Source of the DNA: a bacterium
GTDB lineage: Bacteria; UBA8248
DNA: 64,000 bases
Direction of reading: 5' to 3'
NCBI GenBank assembly: GCA_965219955.1
Contig: OZ244799.1
Location: 896,001 to 960,000 of the forward strand
Numbering within the stretch: position 1 is the first letter of the stretch; each line of letters starts with the position of its first letter. Below the pieces are notes generated by a model, which saw nothing but the letters and a program-made list of their open reading frames with translations, was not told the origin of the DNA and did no database searches. Positions 54,410 through 64,000 of this stretch are shown here, piece after piece. The translations under genes and the position numbers were made by a program.

Positions 54410-55498
54410 GTGCGGGTTGGGTTAGAATCCCCGCGATGCGCGATTTCTCCTTTTCATCCGCCGTGGACACTGCAATTGAACGAGCAGGCAGGGAACTTCG
54501 GATCGGGCGGTCGTCCTCTCCATGAGGCCCCGCGCGAGGATCAGGCGCCCGATGAGCGTGTGGATGGTTTCGGGCCGGAGGGGGAGGTATTTCCGCACCG
54601 GATGCGTACGGCAATCCCGGCCGCTGCTCCTTTCGAGCGTGTGGCCGATACGAGGGTTCCCCCCTGGCGAACTGTAGGGATCCCCGCGTTGATGTTCGTT
54701 CTGACCGCCGTTTCCACCCTGCTGGCGGGCGCGCTCCAGCGCGGCGTCGCGCCCGGAGCCGTCTTCTCGCAGCCGGCGGCCCTTCTGGTGGGCCTGCCCT
54801 ATTCGCTGACGCTGCTCCTGATCCTCGGCGCGCACGAGATGGGCCATTACGTCGCGAGCCGGAGGTGGGGGGTGGACGCGTCGCTGCCCTATTTCCTGCC
54901 GGCGCCCTCACTGCTGGGGACGTTCGGCGCGGTCATCCGCATACGCGGCGGGATTCTGAACCGCAACGCCCTCATGGACGTGGCCGTGGCGGGGCCGCTG
55001 GCCGGCCTGGCCGCTGCGGTTCCGGCCCTGCTCGTGGGGTTGATGATGTCCAGACTCGCGCCCGGGGGGAGTTCGCTCGGCATCGGGCTGGGAACCCCTC
55101 TTTTGTTCGACGGCCTCGCATGGCTGGTGCACGGCCCTGTCCCTGAGGGCCAGACCATTTTGCTCCATCCGGTGGCCTTTGCGGGCTGGTGCGGATTGCT
55201 GGTGACGTCGCTCAATCTCATCCCCGCCGGACAGCTCGACGGCGGCCACGTCGTCTACACGCTCCTCGGGGGGTGGCACGCGAAGATATCCGTCGCGATT
55301 GGCCTCGTTCTTCTGGTGATGGGATACTGGTGGCCCGGCTGGATTTTCTGGAGCGTGATGGTGCTCGCGCTGGGCCGGCGGCATCCACGGCTCATGGACG
55401 AATGGGAGCCCCTGACGCGCAAGAGGCGTTTTTGGGGATTTGCGTGTATGATAATCCTGGTTTGCACGTTCACCCTGACGCCCATTCGGCTGTTTTGA
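54410..55498 (+). CDS. Site-2 protease (M50 family); start uncertain
   Basis: HEMGH, PYFLP, AGPLAG, NLIPAGQLDGGH. Confidence 0.88.
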   Translation: MRVGLESPRCAISPFHPPWTLQLNEQAGNFGSGGRPLHEAPREDQAPDERVDGFGPEGEVFPHRMRTAIPAAAPFERVADTRVPPWRTVGIPALMFVLTAVSTLLAGALQRGVAPGAVFSQPAALLVGLPYSLTLLLILGAHEMGHYVASRRWGVDASLPYFLPAPSLLGTFGAVIRIRGGILNRNALMDVAVAGPLAGLAAAVPALLVGLMMSRLAPGGSSLGIGLGTPLLFDGLAWLVHGPVPEGQTILLHPVAFAGWCGLLVTSLNLIPAGQLDGGHVVYTLLGGWHAKISVAIGLVLLVMGYWWPGWIFWSVMVLALGRRHPRLMDEWEPLTRKRRFWGFACMIILVCTFTLTPIRLF

Positions 55499-55524
55499 TG
55501 GTTTCCTCCTGGTAGAGAACTATC

Positions 55525-56577
55525 GTGTCCGACGATTCCACGCCATTGGCCATCGACATCGGGAGTTCCGCCGTCAAGGCGGTGAAACTCGAAAAGAAAG
55601 AGGAGCGTCTCGTCCTCTCCCGCCTGGGGGCGTGTTCCCTGGCGCCGGGGGCCGTGCAGGGCGGCTTCGTGCATGACCCCGAGGAGGTCGAACGGGCGCT
55701 GGGGGAATTGCTGCCCCCCGGAGCGGAGGAAGAAAGAGAGGTGGTCGTGGCGCTTTCGGGGAGGGCGGCCATGGTGCGGACGGTGCTGCTGCCCGCCGAG
55801 GAGGATTTTCCCGTCGTCGACGCCTTGGAAGCCGAGGCGATGCAGGTGCTGCCCGTTCCCCTGGAGGAGGTGCGCCTCTCTCATCTGCGGGTGGGGCAAC
55901 TCGAAAGAGGGGTGGAGAGGCTGGATGAGTATCTGATGATCGCCGTGAGGCGCGAGCCGCTCGAGGCGCTGCTGAATTTCCTGAAGCGCATCGGATATGA
56001 GCCCGTGATCGTGGATGTGAACTTTCTGGCCATGGAAAGCGCTTTCGAACTCTCGGGTATGCGCGAGGAAGGGGAAATCACCGCCCTGGTGGACATCGGC
56101 GCGTCCGAGACGCTGGTGAACGTGGTGTGCGACGAACACACGCTGATCACGAGGGCGGTTCCGTTCGGCGGAGAGGGGTTGACGCGCTCGCTGTCGGGTC
56201 GTCTGGCGATCTCCCGCGAGGAGGCGGAAGCCGTCAAGCGGGGGAAAGCGCCCGCCGCCAATCAGGACGCCCTGGACGACGTTCTCCGCCTGGAGGCGCA
56301 GAAACTGGCATACGAACTTGATGGAACGTTTCAGCTCATGTGGCCGATAACGCCCGCTCCTGAGGTCGAGCGGGTGCTCCTCTCCGGTGGCGGTGCGCGG
56401 CTCATGGGGCTGCCGGGGCGTCTGGAGGAAGCGCTCGATGCGCCCGTGGAAATGCTGGATCCCTTTCGCCGCGTGGAGGCGCCCGAGGAGGAGTTCGATT
56501 CAGATATGCTGGAATCTCTCGCTCCCGCCGCCGCCATCGGGGCAGGGCTCGCGTATCGCGCCGTGGAGGCCGCATGA
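55525..56577 (+). CDS. pilM: Type IV pilus assembly protein PilM (actin-like)
   Basis: IDIGSSAVK, VDIGA..T, FGG..LT, LSGGGA.L.GL, GLA.R. Confidence 0.82.
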   Translation: MSDDSTPLAIDIGSSAVKAVKLEKKEERLVLSRLGACSLAPGAVQGGFVHDPEEVERALGELLPPGAEEEREVVVALSGRAAMVRTVLLPAEEDFPVVDALEAEAMQVLPVPLEEVRLSHLRVGQLERGVERLDEYLMIAVRREPLEALLNFLKRIGYEPVIVDVNFLAMESAFELSGMREEGEITALVDIGASETLVNVVCDEHTLITRAVPFGGEGLTRSLSGRLAISREEAEAVKRGKAPAANQDALDDVLRLEAQKLAYELDGTFQLMWPITPAPEVERVLLSGGGARLMGLPGRLEEALDAPVEMLDPFRRVEAPEEEFDSDMLESLAPAAAIGAGLAYRAVEAA

Positions 56578-57656
56578 AAAACGTCCGCGTTCATCTGGGA
56601 GAGCGCTCCTACACGATCAGGATCGGTGCGGACGCGCTCGGGGATATCGGAAAAGTCTCCCTGCGTCATTTCAGGGGCGCGAGGGCGCTCGTCGTGACGG
56701 ACGCGAACGTGGCGCCGCTCTATGCCGAAAAAACGCTCGATGCACTTGCGGCTGCGGGCGTTCAGGCGTCTTTGCTCAGGATTCCTGCGGGCGAGGCGAG
56801 CAAGTCGATGCGGCAGTTGTCCCGGATACTGGACAAGATGGCTTCCTTGAGGCTGGACAGGGGCTGCGGCGCCGTGGCCCTGGGCGGCGGCGTCGTGGGC
56901 GACATCGCCGGATTCGCGGCGGCCGTCTTCCTGAGAGGGGTTCCCTATGTCCAGGCGCCGACGACGCTCCTCGCCCAGGTGGACAGCGCGGTGGGCGGCA
57001 AGACGGCCATCGATCACAAACTCGGGAAAAACCTCGTGGGCGCGTTTCATCAGCCGATAGCGGTGGTCAGCGATACGTCGTCGCTGGGGACGCTGCCCGA
57101 GCGGGAGTTCAGGGCGGGGCTGGCCGAGGTGGTGAAGCACGCGGCGATTGCGGATGCCCGGCTTTTCGCCTTTTTGGAGAAGAACGAGGCGCCAATCCTC
57201 GAGCGCGACGAGGGCGTCATGGAGCGCATCGTCGCCACGAACTGCCGGATCAAGGCGCGAGTCGTCGAGCAGGACGAGCGCGAGGGGGGGTTAAGGCAGA
57301 TACTCAACTACGGCCACACCCTCGGACACGCGGTGGAGGCGCTGGCGGGCTACTCGTCCGAACTGCTCCACGGAGAGGCCGTCGCGATCGGCATGGCCGC
57401 GGCGAGCCGGATATCCTGCGCGATGGGGCGCTGCGCGCCGGGCGACGTGGATCGGCTGACCGCTCTTCTCGATCGTTTCGGCCTGCCCACGCGCATGGCG
57501 GAGCCTCCCAGGCTCGCGGTCCTGAAGCGGCTGCTCGCCAGCGACAAGAAAACGCGCCGGGGGAGCCCCCGGTTCGTCCTGATGCGGAAAATCGGCGCGG
57601 TGGAGCCGGGCATAGTAGTATCTCCCCGCTTGTGGCGGAACGCGCTCGCGGGTTAG
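56574..57656 (+). CDS. aroB: 3-dehydroquinate synthase
   Basis: GGGVVGD, PTTLLAQVDS.VGGKT, NYGHT.GH, HGEAV, DKK. Confidence 0.97.
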   Translation: MKNVRVHLGERSYTIRIGADALGDIGKVSLRHFRGARALVVTDANVAPLYAEKTLDALAAAGVQASLLRIPAGEASKSMRQLSRILDKMASLRLDRGCGAVALGGGVVGDIAGFAAAVFLRGVPYVQAPTTLLAQVDSAVGGKTAIDHKLGKNLVGAFHQPIAVVSDTSSLGTLPEREFRAGLAEVVKHAAIADARLFAFLEKNEAPILERDEGVMERIVATNCRIKARVVEQDEREGGLRQILNYGHTLGHAVEALAGYSSELLHGEAVAIGMAAASRISCAMGRCAPGDVDRLTALLDRFGLPTRMAEPPRLAVLKRLLASDKKTRRGSPRFVLMRKIGAVEPGIVVSPRLWRNALAG

Positions 57657-57853
57657 GGGGTTGCTGAAAAAACCCCTCTCCGCCTCATCCTGAGTAGCGG
57701 CGGAGCCGCGTATCGAAGGATGCCCTCTCGCACGACGCGAGGCGTTCGGCTTTCCTCGCCCTTCGATACGCCGCCTTCGGCGGCTACTCAGGGTGAGGAA
57801 AGAGGGCGTTGGCGGTTTGCGGGGATCGCAGACGGGGCTTTTTCAACAACCCC
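57656..57853. mobile_element. MITE (TIR GGGGTTG[CT]TGAAAAA) with REP cargo and GTTA duplication
   Basis: GTTA at 57652-55 and 57854-57 flanks the inverted ends. Confidence 0.8.
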
Positions 57854-57965
57854 GTTAATCACGGGTTCAGCCGCTTTCGTTCGTTGACGCCATCGCCCGT
57901 GTTCTCTACCATCCTCCCCGGTTTCCATGTGGAAACGATGCGGCGCACCCTCTTTGAGTGAGCGA

Positions 57966-58463
57966 ATGAGAATACTGCTTTTGAACGGTCCGAATCTGAA
58001 TCTGCTGGGAACCCGCGAGCCGGAAGTGTACGGCAGGACGACGTTGGCCGAACTCGAGGCGGCCCTCGCCCGGATGGCGGCGGACGAGGGGGTAGACCTC
58101 GAGTGTTTCCAGTCCAACGTCGAGGGAGAGCTCATCGACGCGCTCCAGCGCGCGGGGGGGGCGAAGCCGCCCGGGAAGGACGCGGCTCCCTCGGGCGAAT
58201 GCGCCGCCTGCGTCTTCAATCCGGGAGGGTACACCCACACCAGCGTCGCACTCAGGGACGCGATAGGCGGCCTGGACTTGCCCGTCTACGAGGTGCACAT
58301 CTCCAACGTCATGAAGCGCGAGGATTTCCGGCATCGCTCGATGATAGGGCCGGTGGCGGCGGGGAGCGTGGTCGGATTCGGCCTGGCGGGCTACGCCCTG
58401 GCCCTGCGCGCGGCGATCGACGCCTGCGTCAAGGGGCTGGCGTTTCCACCGGAAGAAGAATGA
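57966..58463 (+). CDS. aroQ: Type II 3-dehydroquinate dehydratase
   Basis: LNGPNLNLLG.REP.VYG, QSN.EG, NPG..THTS, EVHISN. Confidence 0.95.
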   Translation: MRILLLNGPNLNLLGTREPEVYGRTTLAELEAALARMAADEGVDLECFQSNVEGELIDALQRAGGAKPPGKDAAPSGECAACVFNPGGYTHTSVALRDAIGGLDLPVYEVHISNVMKREDFRHRSMIGPVAAGSVVGFGLAGYALALRAAIDACVKGLAFPPEEE

Positions 58464-59530
58464 ACCACCGTCTGCGCGCCCTGAGAAAGGCGATGCGGCG
58501 CGAAGGCCTGGCCGCCCTTGCCGTCACGAACCGGAAGAACGTCCGCTATCTCACCGGGTTCACGGGTTCTGCGGGCGCGTGCCTGATCTCCTCGGGAAGC
58601 GCCGTCTTCATCACGGATTTCCGCTACCGCTCGCAGGCGGCGAAGCAGGTGCCGCCCGATTTTCGCCGCGCCGAGCACGCCTCCCCGATTCAGGGAATAG
58701 CAAGAGAGCTGAAAAAAACGAGGGCGAAGACGCTCGCCTTCGAGGAGGCGCACGTCACCCACGGTGTTTACAGGCAGTTGCGTAGGCTCATCAAAGGCGT
58801 GCGCCTGAAACCCGTTTCGGGCCTCGTGGAGGGTTTGAGGCTTTGCAAGGACCCGGGCGAGGTTCGAATGCTCAAGCGAGGCGCCAGAGTGAACGCCGGG
58901 GCATTGAGCGAGACCGCCGATTCGATTCGTCCGGGACGCACAGAATCTGACGTTGCGCTGGACCTCGAGACCGCTATGAGGCGAAGGGGGGCTTCGGGCG
59001 CCTCGTTCGACACCATCGTCGCCTCGGGTCCGCGCTCCGCCCTGCCGCACGGGATCGCCTCGTCGAGAAAGCTCAAAAAAGGCGACCTCATCACCATCGA
59101 TTTCGGCGCCGTGGTGTCGGGCTACCATGCGGATACGACGCGCGTGTTCTCCCTCGGCAGGCCCACGCCCAGGGGAGAGAAGATATTCAATATCGTCCTC
59201 GAAGCCCAGATGACGGCGCTGGAAGCCGTGAAACCGGGCGTCCTCTGCGGAGAAGTCGATAAGGCCGCGCGCGGCGTCATCGCAGGATATGGCTACGGCG
59301 AGGCCTTCGGGCACGGGACGGGCCACGGCGTGGGACTCGATATTCACGAAGCCCCCAGGCTCGGCCCCGGCGTGAAGGAGGTACTCAGGCCCGGCATGGT
59401 GGTCACGGTGGAACCCGGCATCTATCTGCCCCGCTGGGGCGGCGTGAGAATAGAGGATATGGTGCTCGTCACCGAGCGGGGAAAAGAAGTCCTCACCCGT
59501 TCGATACCCAAGGAACTCGTCGTTTTGTAG
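58460..59530 (+). CDS. Xaa-Pro peptidase (M24B)
   Basis: YLTGF.GS, TDFRY, SALPH, IDFG..Y.AD.TR, H..GHGVGL..HE, EPGIY, RIED. Confidence 0.93.
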   Translation: MNHRLRALRKAMRREGLAALAVTNRKNVRYLTGFTGSAGACLISSGSAVFITDFRYRSQAAKQVPPDFRRAEHASPIQGIARELKKTRAKTLAFEEAHVTHGVYRQLRRLIKGVRLKPVSGLVEGLRLCKDPGEVRMLKRGARVNAGALSETADSIRPGRTESDVALDLETAMRRRGASGASFDTIVASGPRSALPHGIASSRKLKKGDLITIDFGAVVSGYHADTTRVFSLGRPTPRGEKIFNIVLEAQMTALEAVKPGVLCGEVDKAARGVIAGYGYGEAFGHGTGHGVGLDIHEAPRLGPGVKEVLRPGMVVTVEPGIYLPRWGGVRIEDMVLVTERGKEVLTRSIPKELVVL

Positions 59531-59562
59531 ACATTTTCATCATCAGGAGGTTTTTGGAACCG

Positions 59563-60129
59563 ATGCCCTCGACAAGTGATTTCCGTAATGGCCTCAAAAT
59601 CGAGCTCGATAACGAGCCGTTCATCATCGTGGAGTTCCAGCACGTGAAGCCCGGCAAGGGCGGGGCGTTCGTGCGCACGAAACTCAAGAATCTCCGGACG
59701 GGCCGCGTTCTGGAGAAGACCTTCCGCTCGGGCGAGTCCGTCGGCGACCCCGGGATCGAGCAAAAACAGATGCAGTATCTCTACCGCGACGGCGATATCT
59801 TCTATTTCATGGACACGCAGACCTACGATCAGACCGGGCTGGGCGAGGAGAAACTCGGGCACAGCGTGAAGCTCCTGCGCGAGGAGACCATCGTCGACAT
59901 CCTCTTCCACAAGGGCGACGCGATCTCCATCGAGATGCCCACGTTCGTGGAACTGGCGATCAGGAAGACAGAGCCGGGCGTGCGGGGCGATACGGCGACG
60001 GGCGCGACCAAGCAGGCGGAACTCGAGACGGGCGCGGTGGTCACCGTGCCCTTGTTCCTGAACGAGGGCGACGTGCTCAAAATCGACACGCGGACGGGCG
60101 AATACATCGAGCGCGTGAGGACGGCCTAG
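59563..60129 (+). CDS. efp: Elongation factor P
   Basis: KPGKGGAF, PGVRGDT, VPLF, DTR.GEY. Confidence 0.97.
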   Translation: MPSTSDFRNGLKIELDNEPFIIVEFQHVKPGKGGAFVRTKLKNLRTGRVLEKTFRSGESVGDPGIEQKQMQYLYRDGDIFYFMDTQTYDQTGLGEEKLGHSVKLLREETIVDILFHKGDAISIEMPTFVELAIRKTEPGVRGDTATGATKQAELETGAVVTVPLFLNEGDVLKIDTRTGEYIERVRTA

Positions 60130-60321
60130 CTGGAGCGACCGTCAAAACAAATCTTGAAAGGCTCTTTCTCTTTGCGTATTTTATGAGGAAGCGAATATCA
60201 CGGTGCAGGAATAGTCCCGATTGCCGCGAGGAGCAATTCAGGGAACAACGTAAAGTTGCCTTGTAGCGTGCATGCAGCCTTTGGTTCTCAATAGATTCCA
60301 GTTGCCTGAAGGAGACTCAAC

Positions 60322-61446
60322 ATGCGCAAGAAGCTGTATTCCGTACTGACCATTCTCACAGCCGCCGTATTCCTGGGTTCGGCCGCGCACGCCGCGACGC
60401 TCAAGATAGGCGTGGCCGGGCCGCTCACGGGAGATCAGGCGGCGTTCGGCGAGATGCTGAAAAACGGCGCTACGCTCGCGGTGGAGGAGTGGAACGCCAG
60501 GGGCGGCGTGAAAGTCGGCAAAAAGAAGATGAAGGTGGACATCCTCTGGGGCGACGACCGTCACGACCCCAGGGAAGGGGTGTCGATCGCGCACAAGTTC
60601 GTGAACTCGGGCGCCGCCGGCATCGTCGGCCATTTCAACAGTTCGGTCTCCATTCCGGCGTCCACCGTGTATGCGGAGGCGGGCGTCGTCCAGATCACGC
60701 CGGCGTCCACGAACCCCAAGCTCACCGAGCAGGGCTTCTCGACGGTGTTCCGCGTCTGCGGTCGCGACGATCAGCAAGGAGAGGTGGCGGCCAACTACAT
60801 CGTGGACAAGTTGAAGCTGAAACGCATCGCCATCCTCCACGACAAGACCACCTACGGCCAGGGCTTGGCGGACGAGACGAAGCGGTTTCTGGAGAAAAGA
60901 GGCGTCAAGCCCGTCTTCTACAGCGGCGTCGTGCAGGGGGACAAGGACTACACGCCGGTTCTCACGGCCGCGAAACAGGAAAAGCCCGAACTCGTCTACT
61001 TCGGCGGCATCCACCCCGAGGCCATCCTTCTGGTGAAGCAGATGCGCGAGCGCCTCGGCATGAAGGCGCTCTTCATGAGCGGCGACGGCATCGTCACGGA
61101 AGAGTATTACAAGATCGCCGGCAAATCCGCCGAGGGCACCCTGATAACGTTCACGCCGGATCAGACGAAACTCGCAGCGGCGCAGAACGTCATCAAGAAA
61201 CACCGCAAGCGCTTCGGCAAGGAAGTGGGCGCCTACACCATTTACAGCTACGTGGCCATGAACATGATTCTGAACTCGATCCAGGCCACGGGCAGCACGA
61301 AGGGGGCCAAGCTGGCCACTCACCTGCGCAGCAAGGCCTGGAACACGTCGTTGGGCAAACTCCAGTTCAACAAGAAAGGAGACGTCCTGGAGAGCCCCTA
61401 CGTGCTCTGGCAGGTGAAGGGGTCGAAATTCGCAGAGATCAAATAG
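60322..61446 (+). CDS. livK: Branched-chain amino acid ABC transporter substrate-binding protein
   Basis: Signal peptide, IGVAGPLTG, GHFNS, STNP.LT, D.QQG, YG.GLA. Confidence 0.9.
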   Translation: MRKKLYSVLTILTAAVFLGSAAHAATLKIGVAGPLTGDQAAFGEMLKNGATLAVEEWNARGGVKVGKKKMKVDILWGDDRHDPREGVSIAHKFVNSGAAGIVGHFNSSVSIPASTVYAEAGVVQITPASTNPKLTEQGFSTVFRVCGRDDQQGEVAANYIVDKLKLKRIAILHDKTTYGQGLADETKRFLEKRGVKPVFYSGVVQGDKDYTPVLTAAKQEKPELVYFGGIHPEAILLVKQMRERLGMKALFMSGDGIVTEEYYKIAGKSAEGTLITFTPDQTKLAAAQNVIKKHRKRFGKEVGAYTIYSYVAMNMILNSIQATGSTKGAKLATHLRSKAWNTSLGKLQFNKKGDVLESPYVLWQVKGSKFAEIK

Positions 61447-61487
61447 GGCGCGCATTGCCGCGTTGAATCATGAGAGGGGAGGCGAAA

Positions 61488-61979
61488 GGGGTTGTTGAAA
61501 AACCTCTTGTGAGTCGGGTCAAACGACTCCCTCCTTGAGGGGGCTGTTGAAAGAGCCCCTTATGCGTCCTCCAGAAACCGCCAACGTCTCTGTCCTCACC
61601 CTGAGTAGCCGCCGAAGGCGGCGTATCGAAGGGCGAGGGGCTCGCGCCGTGGCGAGAGCAAACGCTCATTCATCAATCGCGCTTGACCTTCGATACGCGG
61701 CTCCGCCGCTACTCAGGATGAGGAGTGTCGGGGAACGGCGGAGCCTGCCCGAGCGAAGTCGAGGGGCCGCTACTCAGGATGAAGCGGTGCGGTTTTGTTC
61801 GTCATTCCGGCGAAAGCCGGAATCCATTTGCGGGTGAGGGTGAATGAACCGCGGCATTTGATTCCCCGCCAGTGTGCGGGAGCCCTGACGAAAAGCAAAA
61901 GGCGAAAAATGGATTCCGGCTTTCGCCGGAATGACGGCGGTAGTCAGTTCCGAACGAGGAGGGGTTTTTCAACAACCCC
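61488..61979. mobile_element. MITE with perfect 15-bp TIRs and 4-bp GAAA duplication, carrying nested REPs
   Basis: GAAA|GGGGTTGTTGAAAAA ... TTTTTCAACAACCCC|GAAA. Confidence 0.88.
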
Positions 61980-62027
61980 GAAAGCCTCCTCTTTCCTTTT
62001 GCCTCATAACCATGTGAAGATTTCTCT

Positions 62028-62933
62028 ATGTTTGCGCAACAGCTGGTGAACGGGCTCGTCGTGGGGGCGGTGTACGCCCTGATCGCCCTGGGCTACACGC
62101 TCGTCTACGGGATTTTGCAGCTCATCAATTTCGCCCACGGCGAAATTTACATGATAGGCGCGTATGTGGGCATCGCCGTCCTGGCGGTGCTGGGGACGAT
62201 GGGCCTCACGCAGACGAGCCTGGCGCTGAGCATCGTTCTCGTCTTTCTCATCCCGATGATCTATTGCGCCGCGTACGGGATCACCCTGGAGCGCGTCGCC
62301 TACCGCCCGCTGCGGGGTGCGCCGAGGCTCTCCCCGCTCATCAGCGCGATCGGCATGAGCCTGTTTCTCCAGAACTACGTGCAGGTCGTGCAGGGAGCGC
62401 GCGACAAGGCGTTTCCCAACCTGCTCGAACTGGGGAGTTTCCAGCTCTTCGGCGCCTACGTGAACGGCCTGCAGATCTTCATCCTCATTCTGGCCCTGGG
62501 CCTCATGGCCGCTCTCCAGTTGTTCATCAAGAAGACGAAGCTCGGCAAGGCCATGCGCGCCACCGCGCAGGACAGGACGATGGCCTCGCTCGTCGGGGTG
62601 AACGTGAACCGGGTGATCGCGGTCACGTTCGCCATCGGCTCCGTGCTGGCCGCCGTGGCCGGCGTGATGGTGGGCATGTACTACGGAATCGTGAACCACC
62701 ACATCGGCTTCGTCGCGGGCATGAAGGCGTTCACCGCGGCCGTCCTGGGCGGTATCGGCAACGTGACGGGCGCGTTCCTGGGCGGCTTTCTGCTGGCGCT
62801 TCTGGAGAGTTTCTGGGCGGGGTACGTCTCCGCGATCTACAAGGACGTGTTCGCGTTCATGGTGCTGGTCGTCGTACTCATCTTCCGGCCCCAGGGCATC
62901 CTGGGCGGCTCCGGCGAGGCGGACAGAACATGA
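62028..62933 (+). CDS. livH: Branched-chain amino acid ABC permease LivH
   Basis: YALIALG.TL.YG..INFAHG, GKAMRA, KAF.AAVLGGIG, RPQG. Confidence 0.93.
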   Translation: MFAQQLVNGLVVGAVYALIALGYTLVYGILQLINFAHGEIYMIGAYVGIAVLAVLGTMGLTQTSLALSIVLVFLIPMIYCAAYGITLERVAYRPLRGAPRLSPLISAIGMSLFLQNYVQVVQGARDKAFPNLLELGSFQLFGAYVNGLQIFILILALGLMAALQLFIKKTKLGKAMRATAQDRTMASLVGVNVNRVIAVTFAIGSVLAAVAGVMVGMYYGIVNHHIGFVAGMKAFTAAVLGGIGNVTGAFLGGFLLALLESFWAGYVSAIYKDVFAFMVLVVVLIFRPQGILGGSGEADRT

Positions 62934-64000
62934 GCGCATACGCGAGGGTCCCGCTCATCGGCCTTTGGTTCGCCTTCCTGGCGTTGCCTCTTGCGGGATG
63001 GAAGAGGAGCCTCTGGATTGGGCTGGGCTGCGCCCTGGTTGTCCTGGTCGTGAGCCTCGCGCGGGCGAGCGTGCAGTCGGGCTTGCTGGCGGGGCCCGCT
63101 GCCCGGGTGAAGGAGAAGTTCGTATCCGCCTGGGGCTTCATCGAGGAGAAATCCTACGACAAGCGATATTTCAGCCTGTTCCTGCTTCTCATCATCGCGC
63201 TTCCCTGGACGCTCGATCGCTATTCCACCGACGTGCTCGTCATCACCGGCATCTACATCATGCTCGCACTGGGGCTGAACGTCGTGGTCGGCTTCGCCGG
63301 TCTCCTGGACCTGGGCTACGTGGCCTTCTACGCCGTGGGGGCGTATTCCTACGCGCTTCTGAACAGTTGGTACGGGCTCTCCTTCTGGCCGGCCCTGGGG
63401 GTGGGCGTGGCCAGTTCCGCCCTGTTCGGGATCATTCTGGGGATCCCCGTGCTGAGGCTCCGGGGCGATTATCTCGCCATCGTCACGCTCGGCTTCGGCG
63501 AGATCATCCGCCTCGTTCTCAACAACTGGGACAACGTGACCCAGGGTCCGAACGGCATCCTGGGCATCGGACGCCCCTATCTGGGCGAGATGCGCCTCTA
63601 CAAGCCCATGCACTTCTACTACCTCGTGGTCGTCTTGTGCATCGTGACCATCTTCATCGTGAACCGGCTCGACAGGAGCCGCCTGGGCCGCGCCTGGGCG
63701 GCCATGCGCGAGGACGAGACGGTGGCCGAGTGCATGGGCATCAACATCGTCTACACGAAGCTCTCCGCCTTCGCCTTCGGCGCCGCCTGGGCCGGGTTCG
63801 GAGGCGTCGTCTTCGCCGCGAAGCAGACGTTCATCTCGCCGGAGAGTTTTACGTTTTTTGAATCCGTCATCATCCTGTGCATGGTGGTGCTGGGCGGCAT
63901 GGCGAGCATTCCGGGCGTCATGCTCGGCGCGTTCATCCTCACCGTGCTGCCCGAGGCGCTCAGGGAACTCACGCTTTTCCGGCCCATGCTCCTGGGCGGC
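62930..64000 (+). CDS. livM: Branched-chain amino acid ABC permease LivM (runs off the window end)
   Basis: ATG overlaps the livH stop; frame encodes GLNVVVG.AGLLDLGY, LRLRGDYLAIVTLGFGE, GRAW.A.REDE. Confidence 0.9.
   Translation, partial: MSAYARVPLIGLWFAFLALPLAGWKRSLWIGLGCALVVLVVSLARASVQSGLLAGPAARVKEKFVSAWGFIEEKSYDKRYFSLFLLLIIALPWTLDRYSTDVLVITGIYIMLALGLNVVVGFAGLLDLGYVAFYAVGAYSYALLNSWYGLSFWPALGVGVASSALFGIILGIPVLRLRGDYLAIVTLGFGEIIRLVLNNWDNVTQGPNGILGIGRPYLGEMRLYKPMHFYYLVVVLCIVTIFIVNRLDRSRLGRAWAAMREDETVAECMGINIVYTKLSAFAFGAAWAGFGGVVFAAKQTFISPESFTFFESVIILCMVVLGGMASIPGVMLGAFILTVLPEALRELTLFRPMLLGG

Noticed and set aside
58150-58200. Extra GGAKPPGKDAAPSGE loop in AroQ
   Set aside because: Low-complexity surface insertion; the catalytic motifs are intact
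60190-60320. Riboswitch in the livK leader
   Set aside because: Small hairpins only; no recognisable aptamer consensus

Overview
Bacterial chromosomal window with GC-rich flanks; the gene content suggests a diderm, deltaproteobacterial/Nitrospinota-like lineage, but this is inference only. It has three zones. (1) 1-8 kb: NitT/TauT ABC transporter genes, a surface-lipoprotein metalloprotease, nested palindromic/MITE repeats, a degenerate 47-nt tandem array and mnmA. (2) ~8.5-28.5 kb: a markedly AT-richer block with gradual edges and none of these repeats, yet full of core genes (HIT, rplU-rpmA-obgE-proB-nadD-rsfS-dksA-like, rpiB, nrdR, eno, tkt). The intergenic regions outside both edges share sequence motifs, and the right one has a parS-like palindrome. 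(3) 29-64 kb: ctpA, a LuxR-type regulator with a second metalloprotease lipoprotein, duplicated cation/H+ antiporter-CBS genes, a RES toxin-antitoxin pair, tsaD-dusB-SDR, an IS1380+IS1182 tandem inside a REP doublet, an LppC-like lipoprotein, a site-2 protease, pilM-aroB-aroQ-pepP-efp and livK-H-M. The most notable items are the low-GC core-gene domain with matching border motifs, the 47-nt array, leishmanolysin-like/TbpB-barrel lipoproteins, and MITE shells that carry several REP families and insert into hairpins. All calls come from reading motifs by eye; no database searches were run.
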